DNA of 64,000 bases from Eledone cirrhosa (GCA_964016885.1 OZ024749.1:51770001-51834000), one strand, 5' to 3'; numbered from the stretch's first letter, positions 44,065 to 57,603 are shown. Translations and numbers: made by a program. Notes: a model not told the origin generated them from the sequence alone.

Positions 44065-44601
44065 TATATATACTTCATATATATATAAAGAGTAAAGGGT
44101 AAGGACACTCTTCATGGGATTTGTACCTAGAAAGTTCCCCTTCCGAGGCACAAGTCCGGACAATGTGTTTTTGTGGAAGACCAGTAGTCGTCTATGCATA
44201 CCAATCACCTTTATCCACGCCACGATGGTCTTCTTACACTCGTTCATTACATATCACTTATTTGGCAGAGTTAGATTATACTTTGTTGCGACGTAAAGTA
44301 GTATTTGGGGGGGGGGGGGTTCAGGGAAACATTGACATCGAAACATTTAAACTCCCCGCAGTATAAATGTCATGTCATGCCAAATTAAAGATGAGAAACG
44401 CGAGTTCTTAACTGGATTTGATGCAATTTTGTCAAATAAAACCTTAGAGGAAAACATGGCGGAATCATAGAAGTGCCATAAAGAAGAAACATGTTTTGTT
44501 TCCTTTGACGTATTTGGATAGCTCCGTCGTAAGCATCAGAATTCATTCGATGGAACTTCACTTTCTCTTTGATGATATATATATATATAGAAATATATAT
44601 A

Positions 44602-44669
<68 letters not shown>

Positions 44670-45529
44670 TACATACGTGACTTAGATATCAGAGAAAAAA
44701 TACGAAGTGAAAACACGTTGAGTTAAAAATTTGTGTACAAAAGTCTATAAAGACTGTAAGACTTTCGTAGTCTTATTTGTATTACGGACAAAGAAAGCGA
44801 CTGAGAATGTTATCTTATAATAATTAACAACTATATTTAAAATTTTCTTGCCAACATATATTGTCAGACCTTGTTGAAGAAATATTATTCAGCAATTTCT
44901 CTTCATAAGTAGAGAACGCAACATTTTATTTTACAAAGCTGTCTATCCAAAAACAAACAGGGAATAGAAAAGACAGAAGACAAAACTTTGTGAAAATCAT
45001 ATAGAATTGATTTTATGTTTTTATTAGTATAACTCAAACGACACTTATTAAGCTTGGTTTGCACTGTTTCACATACTCCTAATGCTAACTGTATCAATAT
45101 TTTCATACACTAAACAAGTTTTTTCCCTATTGTTTTGTCTTTCTTTCACAGTAGTAATCAACACCAGGGAATACAATGACAATATAATAATCACACTACA
45201 AACAGAACATAATGATTAAAAAAACTAAGTAAAGAACCGATCTATTGCAGTTTCTAAAGATTGTTAAAGAAAATGTTCCAAATTGAATTAATTACCAATG
45301 TTTCTTTGTTAATAAAGAATGAAGTTATATAATCGAAGTCGTGTGAAATTGTGACTTAGTGAAAGATATATTGCTTGTTATCGATTAATCTCAATTATCC
45401 AAAATTGATATTTATTTAAAATAAGAGATAACCCTTAAATCAAATAAAATTTACTTTCAAAGGGTCAGGCCAAGGTGCACATACACATACACATGCACAT
45501 GCATATACACTGTTCCGTAAATCTTGAGG

Positions 45530-46452
45530 GAGTTGTAGGGGCATCATATTGACATACGGCGTTTCTAGAGTATTTTTTAAAACATGGAGAACCCCATCTC
45601 CTCATCGGGTCGAAATACTGCAGATTTCTTCCAGACAAGGATAGAAAGAGAGAGAAAGGACTTGAGAATGAGATATAGAAGAAGAATTGACCCCAGTACT
45701 AGACTGGTACTTTTTTTTATCTACTCCGAATGGTTGAAAGGCAAAGTTGATCTCGGAGGTATTTGAACTCAGAGAGCAGAGAACTGAAAGGAATGCTATA
45801 AAGCATTCTATCCGACATTCTAACGATTCTGACGATTCCCCTCCTCGGTGTAAATATCAGACAACTAAATCGACGCAGTAGATGACTGGTACTATATTCT
45901 ATTTGTTATGTAAGCACAGAACAACTAACAAGATTTTCAAAGACACACCCGTTGAATATTTAACTGGGTCATGTCTAAAAACATGTGACTGATAAAATGA
46001 CAAGTCAGTTAATCATATTGGTGACCTCCCCACAGCCCCGGCGGACAGAATGGAGAAGGCGTTTCCCCGGAGGACGGCAAGGGAGACGCGCTGGAAAAGC
46101 CGTTCCAGCTCGCGAGGCTCACACCTGCGGCTGGCCAGCTCAGCGCCTATGGTGGTGCGTAGAGAGGTAGCCCTAGGGCCGAGGACACCAGAAGTCTCCA
46201 CTGACAAGAGTACAACCGCAAACCTGTCGGAGAGCGACCGGTATTTGAATAGTTTAACCCCTCAGCCCGACGTGCAGCAGAACCTGGGTTAGTCGCAGAC
46301 TGCACCAGGTTGCGGCTGCAGAAAATATATTCTATCGATCTCTGAATGATGAGAGGCAAAGTTGACCTCGATGGTATTTGAACTCAGAGAACAGATAGAC
46401 GAAACGAATACCGCAAATCCGACATTCTAACGACTTTGCTAATTCGTCGACT
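45530..46452 (-). mobile_element. Dimeric long-tailed SINE interrupted by a CRE-like LINE fragment
   Basis: 45530-45902 and 46326-46452 together match the reverse complement of 22-400. Confidence 0.75.
45903..46325 (-). pseudogene. CRE-clade-like non-LTR retrotransposon 3' fragment with 10-bp TSD
   Basis: FCSRNLVQSATNPGSAARRAE / KYRSLSDRFAVVLLSVETSGVLGP..FQRVSLAVLRGNAFSIL; TATATTCTAT at 45893-45902 and 46326-46335. Confidence 0.8.
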
Positions 46453-46458
46453 GAACTA

Positions 46459-46675
46459 CAGGGTGGGCCAGAATTCATGACTCACTTGATCATTTATAGA
46501 TCTATTAGCACAAAATGTTATAAAACAAGTTAAGGAATGTAATGGAATATAAATTAAGAAACCTGCTAAGCATATTAAGAAATAAAATAATAAATTAAAA
46601 CATTACAATAACAATAAAAATAAGCATGTTAATAAATATAACTAACAAGCGAGTCATGAATTCTGGTGCACCCTG
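46459..46675. mobile_element. Tc1/mariner-type MITE (217 bp), ~30-bp TIRs, TA TSD
   Basis: TA-CAGGGTGGGCCAGAATTCATGACTCACTTG ... CAAGCGAGTCATGAATTCTGGTGCACCCTG-TA. Confidence 0.9.
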
Positions 46676-46699
46676 TATATATGTGAATAGGTGTGTAGG

Positions 46700-46912
46700 C
46701 GTGACTGTAATTCAAAGGGTCAGCTTTATCACACATTGGGTCACACTGAATCTCCCTGAGGATTACGCTGAATCTCCCTGAGGTACAGTACACGTGTGTG
46801 TGAAATGCTCAGCCACTTACACGTTTAGTAATTTCCTGACTGAGCAGGCTGACTGTTCCGTTGATCGAACAACCAAAACATTCATCGTCGTAACCAACGG
46901 AGATCCAGTCTA
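46700..46912 (+). mobile_element. 3' part of second SINE family
   Basis: Similar to the reverse complement of 13405-13580 and to 31070-31125. Confidence 0.55.
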
Positions 46913-47238
46913 GTAACAAAAAAAAAAATTAAATAAACGAACAAACAAACAAGCAAAGAAAGAAACAAACAACACGAGACATGTAAAATAAACCATAAAA
47001 TCTAGCTGGGATATCACTATTGCGTAATTATAAATCTGTTGTTGAAGATTTGATCAGGTTCAATAATTCTTCCCATGATTCCTTGTAACCCTATTGCGAA
47101 ACGCGCGAAGCACAAGACAATAAATGTTAACATTTCAGTGAGATGATAAAACACTGAGAATCCGTCCTAAGACGTTAATGGACTTAAGACTAATGGATTT
47201 AGGAATCCTACAGCTCTAAATTATACATAAAATAATGA

Positions 47239-47308
<70 letters not shown>

Positions 47309-47399
47309 GGTGGTGGTGGTGGTGGTGGTGGTGGTGGTGGTGGTGGTGGTGGTAGTAATGGGGATGATTATAATGATGATGATGATGATGATGATATGG

Positions 47400-47518
47400 A
47401 AAAATAATTGTTTCTACGTTAGGCACAAGGCCAGCAAATACCCAGTGTATTACTGGTACTTTATTTTATCGACCCCGTAAGGATGAAAGGAAAAGTTAAC
47501 CTCGGCGGGATTTGAAAA
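47400..47518 (-). mobile_element. tRNA-derived SINE, 5'-truncated
   Basis: Family body reverse complement. Confidence 0.75.
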
Positions 47519-47619
47519 TGATATGGAAAAATAATGAATAACAAAACTTAAACTCAAAGTTTGAAAGAAAGCTCTTTTCTGTTTGTATAATGTTAAGGTC
47601 ACCCTGCCACTTTATATAG

Positions 47620-47655
<36 letters not shown>

Positions 47656-47738
47656 TCCTCTCCCCCCCTTTTTTCTAAATGTCTCTCCCCCACTCCCCTA
47701 CACACCCTCGCCCTCGGAACTCTATTCCCACACACTTT

Positions 47739-47772
47739 CGCCTGAAGAAGGGCTTATGCCCGAAACGTGGTC
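47739..47772 (+). ncRNA. PLE-type minimal hammerhead in a 200-bp (TA)n-flanked insert (47655-47855)
   Basis: CTGAAGA-A-GGGC ttat GCCC-GAAACGT; AATAAA at 47802-47807; helix III/stem I imperfect. Confidence 0.75.
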
Positions 47773-47850
47773 CCCCCCCCCACTCTCAAGAGCGTGAAAC
47801 TAATAAACCTTTGTTCGTACTGCTTCTCTGTTTTGTTCCCGTTCCATTTT

Positions 47851-47888
<38 letters not shown>

Positions 47889-47918
47889 TGAGAGGAGGGG
47901 ATATATATATATATATAT

Positions 47919-47988
<70 letters not shown>

Positions 47989-48017
47989 GAGAAGGGGATA
48001 TATACATATATTTATAT

Positions 48018-48240
48018 AACAAAGAAAGTGTGGTAGGAAACCAGGTGGACCATAACGCACCAGAGTACTCAATACTTAGGGTAGTAGAGTGGGTAATAGG
48101 AAGAGAGTCAGGACCCCGACGGCTGAGCTCCGGCCGTTTCGACAGCTAGATCACACCTGGTTCCTTACCACACTTTCTTTGTTGATGATTTCTCCCCAAT
48201 GAAACAGTTCTAGTCCTGTAGAAGCCATTTCTATATTATA
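48018..48240. mobile_element. Chimeric insert: family E (minus) + inverted E terminus + family D (plus)
   Basis: E 48018-48150, CACCTGGTTCCTTACCACACTTTCTTTGTT 48154-48183, GATGATTTCTCCCCAATGAAACAGTTCTAGTCC from 48184. Confidence 0.8.
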
Positions 48241-48250
48241 TATAGACGCC

Positions 48251-48327
<77 letters not shown>

Positions 48328-48360
48328 GTATTTTATATGTGAGTGTATTAGTAATATATA

Positions 48361-48395
<35 letters not shown>

Positions 48396-48540
48396 CCATA
48401 ACGCACCAGAGTACTCGATACTTAGGGTAGTAGAGTGGGTAATAGGAAAAAGTAGAGCTCAAGCCGTTTCGACGGCTATTTCTATGTCCAGAAATAGCCG
48501 TCGAAGCGGCTTGAGCTCTGCCGTCGGGGTCATACTTTTT

Positions 48541-48546
<6 letters not shown>
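48396..48546 (-). mobile_element. Family E fold-back element
   Basis: GAGCTCAAGCCGTTTCGACGGCTATTTCT..AGAAATAGCCGTCGAAGCGGCTTGAGCTC. Confidence 0.85.
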
Positions 48547-48592
<46 letters not shown>

Positions 48593-48973
48593 GTATATTT
48601 ATTATATGTATATTATATGTGAGTGTATTAATAATATAATATAATATATATATATATAACTTAATACAGATGACCATAGGTTATTTATTTAACTAATGTT
48701 ATCACCAGTTTTATATTAGCTCAGTTTATTAGTAGACTAAAGGCTACAAGGTCTTCCTTCTCTTTATTAATGTCATCATCATCATCAGACCCTAGTGGCC
48801 AGTAAAGAAATTATTATCATCATCATCATTATTGTTGTTGTTGTTGTTGTTGTTCTTCTTCTTCTTCTTCTTCTTCTTCTTCTTCTTCTTCTTCTTCTTC
48901 TTCTTCTCCCTCTCCTAATCCTCATCACCGTCCCACATCATTAGACATCATAATCATCATCATCATCATCCCA

Positions 48974-49023
<50 letters not shown>

Positions 49024-49119
49024 ACCTCTTTCTTTCTCCTCCTCTACATTCTTCATTTCATTCAATAACCATAGCGACAATATTTCTACAATATTTCTAT
49101 TGTTTGGCTAATAAATTGA

Positions 49120-49640
49120 ATGTGGTGGGGGAGTGTGATGGTGGTGGTGGTGGGAGTGTGCTGGTGGTGGGGGAGTGTGATGGTGGTGGGGGCGGTGATG
49201 GGGGGGTGGCGATGGTGGTGGTGGTGGTGGTGGTGGTGGAGGGGGAGGGGGTGATTGTGATGGTGGCAATGGCGGTGGTGGTGGTGGTGGTGGTGTGTGA
49301 CAGTGGTGGTGTGACAATGGTGGTGTGACAGTGGTGGTGTGACAATGGTGGTGTGACAATGGTGGTGTGATGGTCATGGTGGTGTAATAATAGTGATGGT
49401 GGTGGTGGTGGTGGTGGTGGTGGTGGTGATGGTGGTGTGGTGGTGGTGGTGGTGGTGGTGGTGATGGTGGTGTGATGATGGTGGTGTGATGAAGGTGATG
49501 TGATGCTGCTGCTGCTGGTGGTGGTGGTGGTGGTGGTGGTGGTGGTGTGATGCGGTGATGCGGTGATGATTGAGCTGTCATGGAGGTGATATGATTATGG
49601 CGATGATGGTGGTGGTGGTGGTGGTGGTGGTGGTGGTATG
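49120..49640. repeat. (GGT/GAT)n field
   Basis: Seen directly. Confidence 0.9.
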
Positions 49641-49990
49641 ATAATGGTGAGGTGAGGTAAGGAGAGAAGTTTCTTGATTAGTTAGTAACTTACAAACTTG
49701 TTCACTGTTGCTCCGATACGACTGATGGCTTAGAGGAAAATGAAATGAAACTAAAATGAGAGCGAGAACGAGAACGAGAAGAAGTAACGTAACACAACAG
49801 TAACACAACAGTATGACTAGCCTATTGCTAAGCTCTGGCCTCTGAAGAATTTATTGCTGGATATATTTGCAATGCTGTGAATAAATAAATAGTTCAAAGG
49901 GAAGATAATTTATGTTGCAGATTGCAAGACATCACGATTTATGTACATATCAGCCATCATATGGACTAGTCTATTTTTATTTTATTATTC

Positions 49991-50106
<116 letters not shown>

Positions 50107-50236
50107 GTAATATATGTATGTATATATATATGTATATATATATGTGTGTGTATGTATGTATGTATATATATATATATATATGTATGTATAAATATATATA
50201 TGTATGTATAAATATATATATGTATAAATATATATG

Positions 50237-50271
<35 letters not shown>

Positions 50272-50301
50272 TTATATATATATATATACATATAGATATA
50301 T

Positions 50302-50332
<31 letters not shown>

Positions 50333-50351
50333 TACATATATATAGATATAT

Positions 50352-50396
<45 letters not shown>

Positions 50397-50403
50397 TATA
50401 TAC

Positions 50404-50481
<78 letters not shown>

Positions 50482-50821
50482 CATTTTTTTCTCATAAATG
50501 TTTTCTTCATTTTTTTTTCTTAGTAAATATGTACTTCATTTTTTTTTTACTAGCAGTGGGCGGTTAGAATCGATATTTTGACAACATTCATATTTATGAA
50601 TATTTGATAAGCATGGCATTGTTTTGTTGTTTTTAAAGATGGAAGTCTTGTTGTGTCACCTCGGTCTGTTAAACTCAAATTGATGCCGCAAGCGTGGATA
50701 ATTCCTATAACTAAGAAATTCCATTAAGGTCTTATTTTCAACAATCACAGCAACCATTTTAGATTATGTTTTGTGTCTTTTTAAAACTAAAGTATAAATT
50801 TTAGTTTTTAAAAGAAACAAA

Positions 50822-51080
50822 GAGAATGTGTCGCTGCATGTAGCATTTCAGATGAGGGGTTTACCAACGTGGAACGGGAAGATAGTCATACCATCTGGTC
50901 TTTTGCCATCTCCTCAGTCTAGCCCCTCAGGCACGAGTTGGGAGGTGACGGCTGCAGCATCCAAGCCATGCTTTATAACTACGTTAAGAACAGAATGGCG
51001 TGGAAGGCAGTCGGCGGCGCTGTAGCGACAGGACAGCAGGTGGAGGCCCAAAAAAGTGTACGGTGGATCCACAACGACAT
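50822..51080 (-). pseudogene. CRE-clade-like LINE fragment: zinc-knuckle end plus RLE PD..D motif
   Basis: GLHLLSCRYSAADCLPRHSVLNVVIKHGLDAAAVTSQLVPEGLD*GDGKRPDGMTIFPFHVGKPLI*NATCSDTFS. Confidence 0.8.
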
Positions 51081-51299
51081 TTGTGTGGCTGGCAGATCCG
51101 AGCCTAAACGAAACCTCGATTCTCAGGCTAAGTCCGCGGTTCCAACCCTCATCCAAAATACTCCTACCCCCTGTTAAAATATATTTTTTAGTATATTAGT
51201 TTGCAGGATATTCTGGTGGACATTATAATAAAATTAAAAGCACTGTCAATTAATATTACAACCGATTAGTTGTGCAATTTTCTATTGAAGTTAATAAAT

Positions 51300-51475
51300 T
51301 CTAATTTAGGCAGAAAGGCCAGAAATTTTTAAGGAAGGGAAAGTCTATTAAATGGACCCCAGTGCGTCACTGGTGTTTTATTTTATCGACTCTAAAAGAA
51401 TGAAAGACAAAGCTAACCTTGGCAGGATTTGAACTCAGAATGTAAAAAGAAACAGAATATATCCGACGCTCTACC

Positions 51476-51480
<5 letters not shown>
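51300..51480 (-). mobile_element. tRNA-derived SINE
   Basis: Family body reverse complement. Confidence 0.7.
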
Positions 51481-51515
<35 letters not shown>

Positions 51516-51789
51516 CTCTCTCTTTCTCTTAAATCGGCTGTTTTCCAACCTGGAGATGGGTTGTGTGTTCCGCTTGGTTTTAAAATGCACAAGACAAGTC
51601 GTACGTCACCATGGCGCCCCTAAAACTTTAACAGAAGTTAAGTGACAATATCTTTTCAATAGTTAGACAATAACATTGTATTGTTTAAGTTTTAAATAAT
51701 ATAATCTTATAAATATTGTTATCTCCATATATACACATACGTACATATTCGTACATACATACATATAATCATACATATATACATACATA

Positions 51790-52385
51790 TATGGTGGCTG
51801 CCAACTCGTTTTCGAGTACGGCCACTACTTTATATCCATGTAGGAGAACCCCTACCGATGCGCTGAACGAGTGTGACTTTTTAGTCCAGCCAGCGACTTG
51901 AAAACTCTGCTACAATCACTACACTTGTGACAATTATTGACACATAGTGCTGGGCCCATGGTACCATGTGACGACAAATGCAGAGAGATCTCCAGATATA
52001 AAGCAATGCCTGTGCTGTGAAGCTTTTATAGTGAGCAAAGGCACTGCACAAAGCCAGTCACACTCTCTTAACCAAGATGATATTTACCAAAAAGAAGAAC
52101 AAGTCAACATCATTGGATACCATCAGGGTTGCAGGTGTTATATCAGAGTTTTCCTTCTCCTAGAATTCTGCCTTGAGAAAGGCTAAGGGGTCATCTCTCC
52201 CGGTGATTTTGGATGGCCATTGACTCTTAAGAGCTCCTTTGCCCTTTGAGTCCTGCAGGATGTCCAAAGTCACCCTCCTCACCAAGAAACCTTGGTGGGT
52301 TGCCAGTTTAGTCGCCAACGACCCGACCATGAGACAGGTTGTACTGGGATACATGTTCCCAGTAGCACCAACTGGTGACCTGACA
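51790..52385 (-). mobile_element. Unclassified retroposon fragment in (CATA)n, possibly an RTE-like 5' UTR
   Basis: GC-richer island with minus-strand CTAGGAGAAGGAAAACTCTG and GGCGACTAAACTGGCAACCC, reminiscent of RTE-type 5' ends (recalled, not searched). Confidence 0.35.
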
Positions 52386-52404
52386 TACATATATACATAC
52401 ATAT

Positions 52405-52565
<161 letters not shown>

Positions 52566-52818
52566 CCATCTAACAACAATAATATGTGTTCCACTGAGTT
52601 TGATAATCATGAAATGTCAACTTAGGTAATGTTCTATTCTTATTCATTAACAATCATTAATTAAAAACCATTAATTACTGGGCCAACATATAAATTGAGG
52701 TAGATTTGAAGTTTTTCAATTAGCTAGACGCCACATATTTAAATACCAGCATGTCATATATTTCCAAATGGTTTCATTTTATTCTCATCAATAGCTTCAA
52801 ATCTGTATTTGAAGTATG

Positions 52819-53298
52819 TACGAAGGTAGACAGAAAAATTCATAGGCTGACTATACTAGAGCTTGGAAATCTGGAATGCATTCTTTTCAACTGTTCTTAT
52901 TAATAACTGCCTTATTTCTTTCCAGACTATGTTGAAAATATATACCTCATTAGATTAGCCAATAATTTCAACAAACGAGGTTGGGAACAAAGGTTAATAT
53001 GAAGTAGCTGTGAAATCTTGCATGCAATAATTTCAACACACAAGGGTAGGAACAAAAGTTCATAGGCTGACTATGAAGGAGTGGTGCTAGAGCTGTGAAA
53101 TCTTGCATGCAATAATTTCAACTCACGAGGGTGGGAACAAAAGTTCGTAGGCTGACAATGAAAGAGTGATGCTAGAGCTGTGAAATCTTGCATGCATTAA
53201 TTTCAACTCTTCTTAATAATAACTGCATTGTTTCTTTCTAGAGACTATGTTAAAAAATAATCTTGGTCAGTCTATGAACTTTTCAGCTGACCCTCGTA
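52819..53298. mobile_element. Mariner-type MITE with internal tandem expansion of its left part
   Basis: TA-CGAAGG..TTCATAGGCTGAC start; ~85-bp unit GAGGGTGGGAACAAAAGTTC..GCATGCAATAATTTCAAC repeated; ends GACCCTCG-TA. Confidence 0.8.
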
Positions 53299-53394
53299 TG
53301 TGTGTGTGTATATTTATGTATGTATGCATATATGTAAGTATGTGTGTAAGTATGTATGTGAGAAAGAGATAGAAAAGAAGCATCAAGCACAATA

Positions 53395-53716
53395 TTACGT
53401 TGGTACCTTTTTGTTATCATCCTCGAAAGGATGAAAGGCAAAGTTGACCTCGGCGGGATTTAAACTCAGAAATCACAGAACTGAAACGTATACCGCAGAA
53501 CATTCTATCCGACATTCTAACGTCTGCGGTGAATTGGCAGTATCGGTAGAGGGTCGGACGCCATGCTTTCCAGCATAGTTACGTCCCTTTACCATCTGAG
53601 TTCAAATCCGGCCGAGGTTAACTTTGCCTTTCATCCTTACGGGGTCGATAAAATAAAGTACCAGTAATGTACTGGGGGTAATTGCTGGCCTTGTGCCTAA
53701 AATAGAAACAATTATT
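53395..53716. mobile_element. Head-to-head pair of tRNA-derived SINEs (minus 53395-53525, plus 53526-53716)
   Basis: Family body in both orientations, diverging from ~53525. Confidence 0.8.
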
Positions 53717-53804
53717 ACATCTCTGACAACTCGGCACCTAATAATTTATATACGAGTATCAATATTTCTAAACAATTGGATGTGTGTGTGTATGTGTGTG
53801 TGTA

Positions 53805-53846
<42 letters not shown>

Positions 53847-53960
53847 TCGTAGAAAGTAAGAAAAACATTAACACATCGTTTGAATTACAGGTATTTTTAT
53901 GGTTCAACAATAAATGTGATTACATCGAGTCACACACAACAATATACATATATATATATA

Positions 53961-54286
53961 TACGATATTAAATAAATGGAAACTATATTTATAAAACCAT
54001 ATTTATTTCATTATATATATTTCAAGGATATCATATTAAAAATATGGTATGCCTTCATCAGACAAAATACAATATATATAATTATTGTATTTTGTATTTT
54101 GTCTGATGAAGGCATACCATATTTTTAATATGATATCCCTGAAATATATATAATGAAATAAATATGGTTTTATAAATATAGTTTCCATTTATTTAATATC
54201 GTAAATATACTCCAAATACTTGTTGAGTGCTTTTATATCAGTTATAAATATTTACTCGTTGTAACCCAACAATTTAAATAAAACTT

Positions 54287-54290
<4 letters not shown>
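53961..54290 (+). mobile_element. Fold-back element with a hammerhead in both 112-bp arms, plus tail
   Basis: Arms 53961-54072 / 54092-54203; tail 54204-54290 with TTGAGTGC; (TA)n on both sides. Confidence 0.85.
54100..54153 (+). ncRNA. Minimal type I hammerhead motif
   Basis: CTGATGA(54103-54109)-AGG..CATATT ttt AATATG..CCT-GAAA(54141-54144)-TATA-TA; AATAAA at 54157-54162. Confidence 0.75.
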
Positions 54291-54347
<57 letters not shown>

Positions 54348-54349
<2 letters not shown>

Positions 54350-54580
54350 GAGCTTCTACAGGACTAGAACTGTTTCATTCGTGAGAAATCATCAGGAATG
54401 AATCAGTTCTAGTCCTGTAGAAGCTCTTTTATATCAAAACTTTATACTCTGCTATGTATTAAGTACCTTACTTACTGTGGTTACCTCCGATTCAACCCGG
54501 AATAACTAAGAATTAAGAATTCCAGATTTCGAATCCACTCAGAAACCTTTCTTCAAAGGTTAATATATAAACCTTAATGC
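54348..54580. mobile_element. Family D fold-back element
   Basis: Palindrome 54348-54428 with CTGATGA on the minus strand at 54389-54395; tail with TTAAGTAC. Confidence 0.85.
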
Positions 54581-54717
54581 CTATATAAATATATGTGTTG
54601 TGAATAATAAAATGGCCGTGTTTATAGTTTATATGTGTAGGCTGATGTATATATATTTGTGTGTGTGTTTCAATGCTTCTGTGTGTGTGTATGAGTGTGT
54701 GTCAGGGTGTGTGTGCA

Positions 54718-54817
<100 letters not shown>

Positions 54818-55133
54818 TACATATATATATATACATATATATATACACACAGACACAAACAGATATACACACGCCTGCATTCACATGCACACAATCATAC
54901 ATACACAGACACGTGTATCCAGAGAAAGAATATAAATGTAGAAATATATCATTTACTTATTGCATCTTATTTCATGTCTCGTTTGGGAGTAATATAGGTG
55001 AAAATAAAATGAACTTAAATTAATTATATATATATATACTACATACACATATATATACACATACACACATGTATATATATACACACATGTATATATATAT
55101 ATATATATACACACATATATATATATATATTTA

Positions 55134-55233
<100 letters not shown>

Positions 55234-55257
55234 TATGCATATATATATATATATATA

Positions 55258-55335
55258 GTAATAATAATAAATTTGAAGACTAAAATCCAAAAGCAGCGAT
55301 TCTTTGCTTAAACTTTAATCTGTTATTTTAATAAA
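55258..55335 (+). mobile_element. Family L element with the hammerhead core deleted
   Basis: Same as 23129-23236 but lacking the CAGAAGA..GGGTG segment. Confidence 0.75.
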
Positions 55336-55385
55336 TATATATATATATTTATGCATATATATATATATATTTATGCGGACTCACG

Positions 55386-55438
<53 letters not shown>

Positions 55439-55579
55439 ACTAGAAATTGATTAACATATAAATAAACATGAATAATCACAGGAGATAATTTTTACAAGTG
55501 TGTAAGCACACATAGCTAGGTAGGTAACTAAATAAAGTTAACCAGAACTTCAAAAATAGATACTTAATTTTGGATATAG

Positions 55580-55610
<31 letters not shown>

Positions 55611-56177
55611 TATTAACACAGTTCTATATTAACATATAGATTCACAATAAGATATATATATATATAAAGTTATTTTATCTGATATTACTTTTCAGCGTCT
55701 CTAATGCTACTGACAGCGCTCTAAGTAACATAGATTGAAATGGCTTCAGGCAGAACAGAGCAGAACAGAGCATATCCACACCTAACAGAATATAAAACAA
55801 CAACAGCAACAACAGCAACAACAACAACAACAACAACAACAACACAAAGAACAATAACAACAGGATGACATAACAGGTATTTAATATCGATTTGTGATGT
55901 AATATTCCCTCTTTTTACCTTAGAACCCTGGTTAGAACTTCAGCGATTTTACACCAACTATCTCTGACAACATTGCCTCTTCAACTCTAGTTCATGCATA
56001 GCCAGATAATCGATTGAGTGAAAATCAATGTTTCTACTTATAAATATATATATCCTTCACAATTCCTTACAAAATCGAAATCAGGTATTTCCAAACAAAA
56101 CTTCATTGGCTGGAAGATGTAACTGTAAAAAAGATACCTGGGGGGAACGGATAGGGTGGGTTATGTAGTTTGCGGGA

Positions 56178-56378
56178 ATCACCTCTGATGATGTGTACAC
56201 CTTACATTGTCTACAATACCTGGTGGGAGGGGGAGAAGGCACATCTGATGACGTGTACACCTTACATTGTCTACAATATCTGGTGGGAGGGGGGAGGCAC
56301 ATCTGATGATGTGTACACCTTACATTGTCTACCAATATCTGGGGGGGAGGGCACATCTGATGGAATGTACACCTTACA
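56178..56378. repeat. ~58-bp tandem repeat x3.5
   Basis: CACATCTGATGATGTGTACACCTTACATTGTCTACAATATCTGGTGGGAGGGG. Confidence 0.9.
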
Positions 56379-56493
56379 AAATCAAGGTCCGGCATTTCCA
56401 AACAGCTAAAACAAAAAGATGGCGATGACCATCTAAAAAAAAAATGAGGTAGTTTGCTTGCAAACGAATTGAATATTATTATTATTCGATATA

Positions 56494-56682
56494 GAGGGCG
56501 GGGGATTGGCAGTATCGGTAGAGGGTCGGACGCCATGCTTTGCAGCATAGAGTTACACCCCTTTATGATCTGAGTTCAAATCCCGCCGAGATTAACTTTG
56601 CATTTCGTCCTTACGAGGTCGATAAAATAAAGTACCAGTAATGCACTGGGTAATTGCTGGCCTTGTGCCTAAAGTAGAAACA
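56494..56682 (+). mobile_element. tRNA-derived SINE with 16-bp TSD
   Basis: ATTATTATTCGATATA at 56478-56493 and 56683-56698. Confidence 0.9.
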
Positions 56683-57572
56683 ATTATTATTCGATATAAA
56701 ACTCACGAAATTGATATTGTTGTTAGTGATATCAGCAAATCCTTGTCAGGAAACCACCCATAAAAAAAGCTGTTTGTTTTGGGGCCCTTGTAAATCTGAT
56801 ACTAAACCTTTCTGAGAAAGTGAGAGAATAAAGGTAACTAACAAACTTTAAACCCTGTTTGTATATGTCGTATACCTTCTTTTACCAAATATATGCAGAT
56901 TGTTGTCGTGGATACCTGGAGAAGGATGGGATCTGTCAGATTTAAAACGCCCAAGACACATCACGTGTCATGACGACGGTGGCACCTATAAGACACCATC
57001 AGAAAATACGGTTAAAAGATAAGATAAGTCGTGTATATGTATAACAGATACTAAACATTTCTTTTTTAATGTTTAAAACTTAATATACCTAAGGTGTGAA
57101 AAACTTTCGTTTCTCAAACTGTGAAGCTCGGCGGAGGGGAGAAAAAGTAAACTATATATAAAACATTAAAATATATATATCAATATACCTACTTTATAAC
57201 AGCTTCGTTCATCTGAAGGTTTCTTGAATGAATATGGTAATTAGCAGTTCTAAGTGATAGGAACAAGAAAACTGAAATAAATCGATAGAAACTTCTTGGA
57301 ATGTAAAGGAATTTTAATCCCTTTTTATTTATGTTTCTAGAATATTCTTCAGATAACTCTGTACAGACAAACATAAACACAAACACACACAAACAACACA
57401 GAATCACACTCGCAAACACACTAACAAACACAAACACACCTACACATACACATACATATATACATAGATACATACATAAATATATACATATATATATACA
57501 TACATATATACATATATACATACATACATACAATACAGACATATATATGATTATATTTATACATCCATATAG

Positions 57573-57603
<31 letters not shown>

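Noticed and set aside
57325-57356. Minus-strand CTGAAGA..GAAAC; similar weak hits at ~1339, ~49842, ~58908
   Set aside because: Stem II or the cleavage triplet is missing; could be chance in AT-rich DNA
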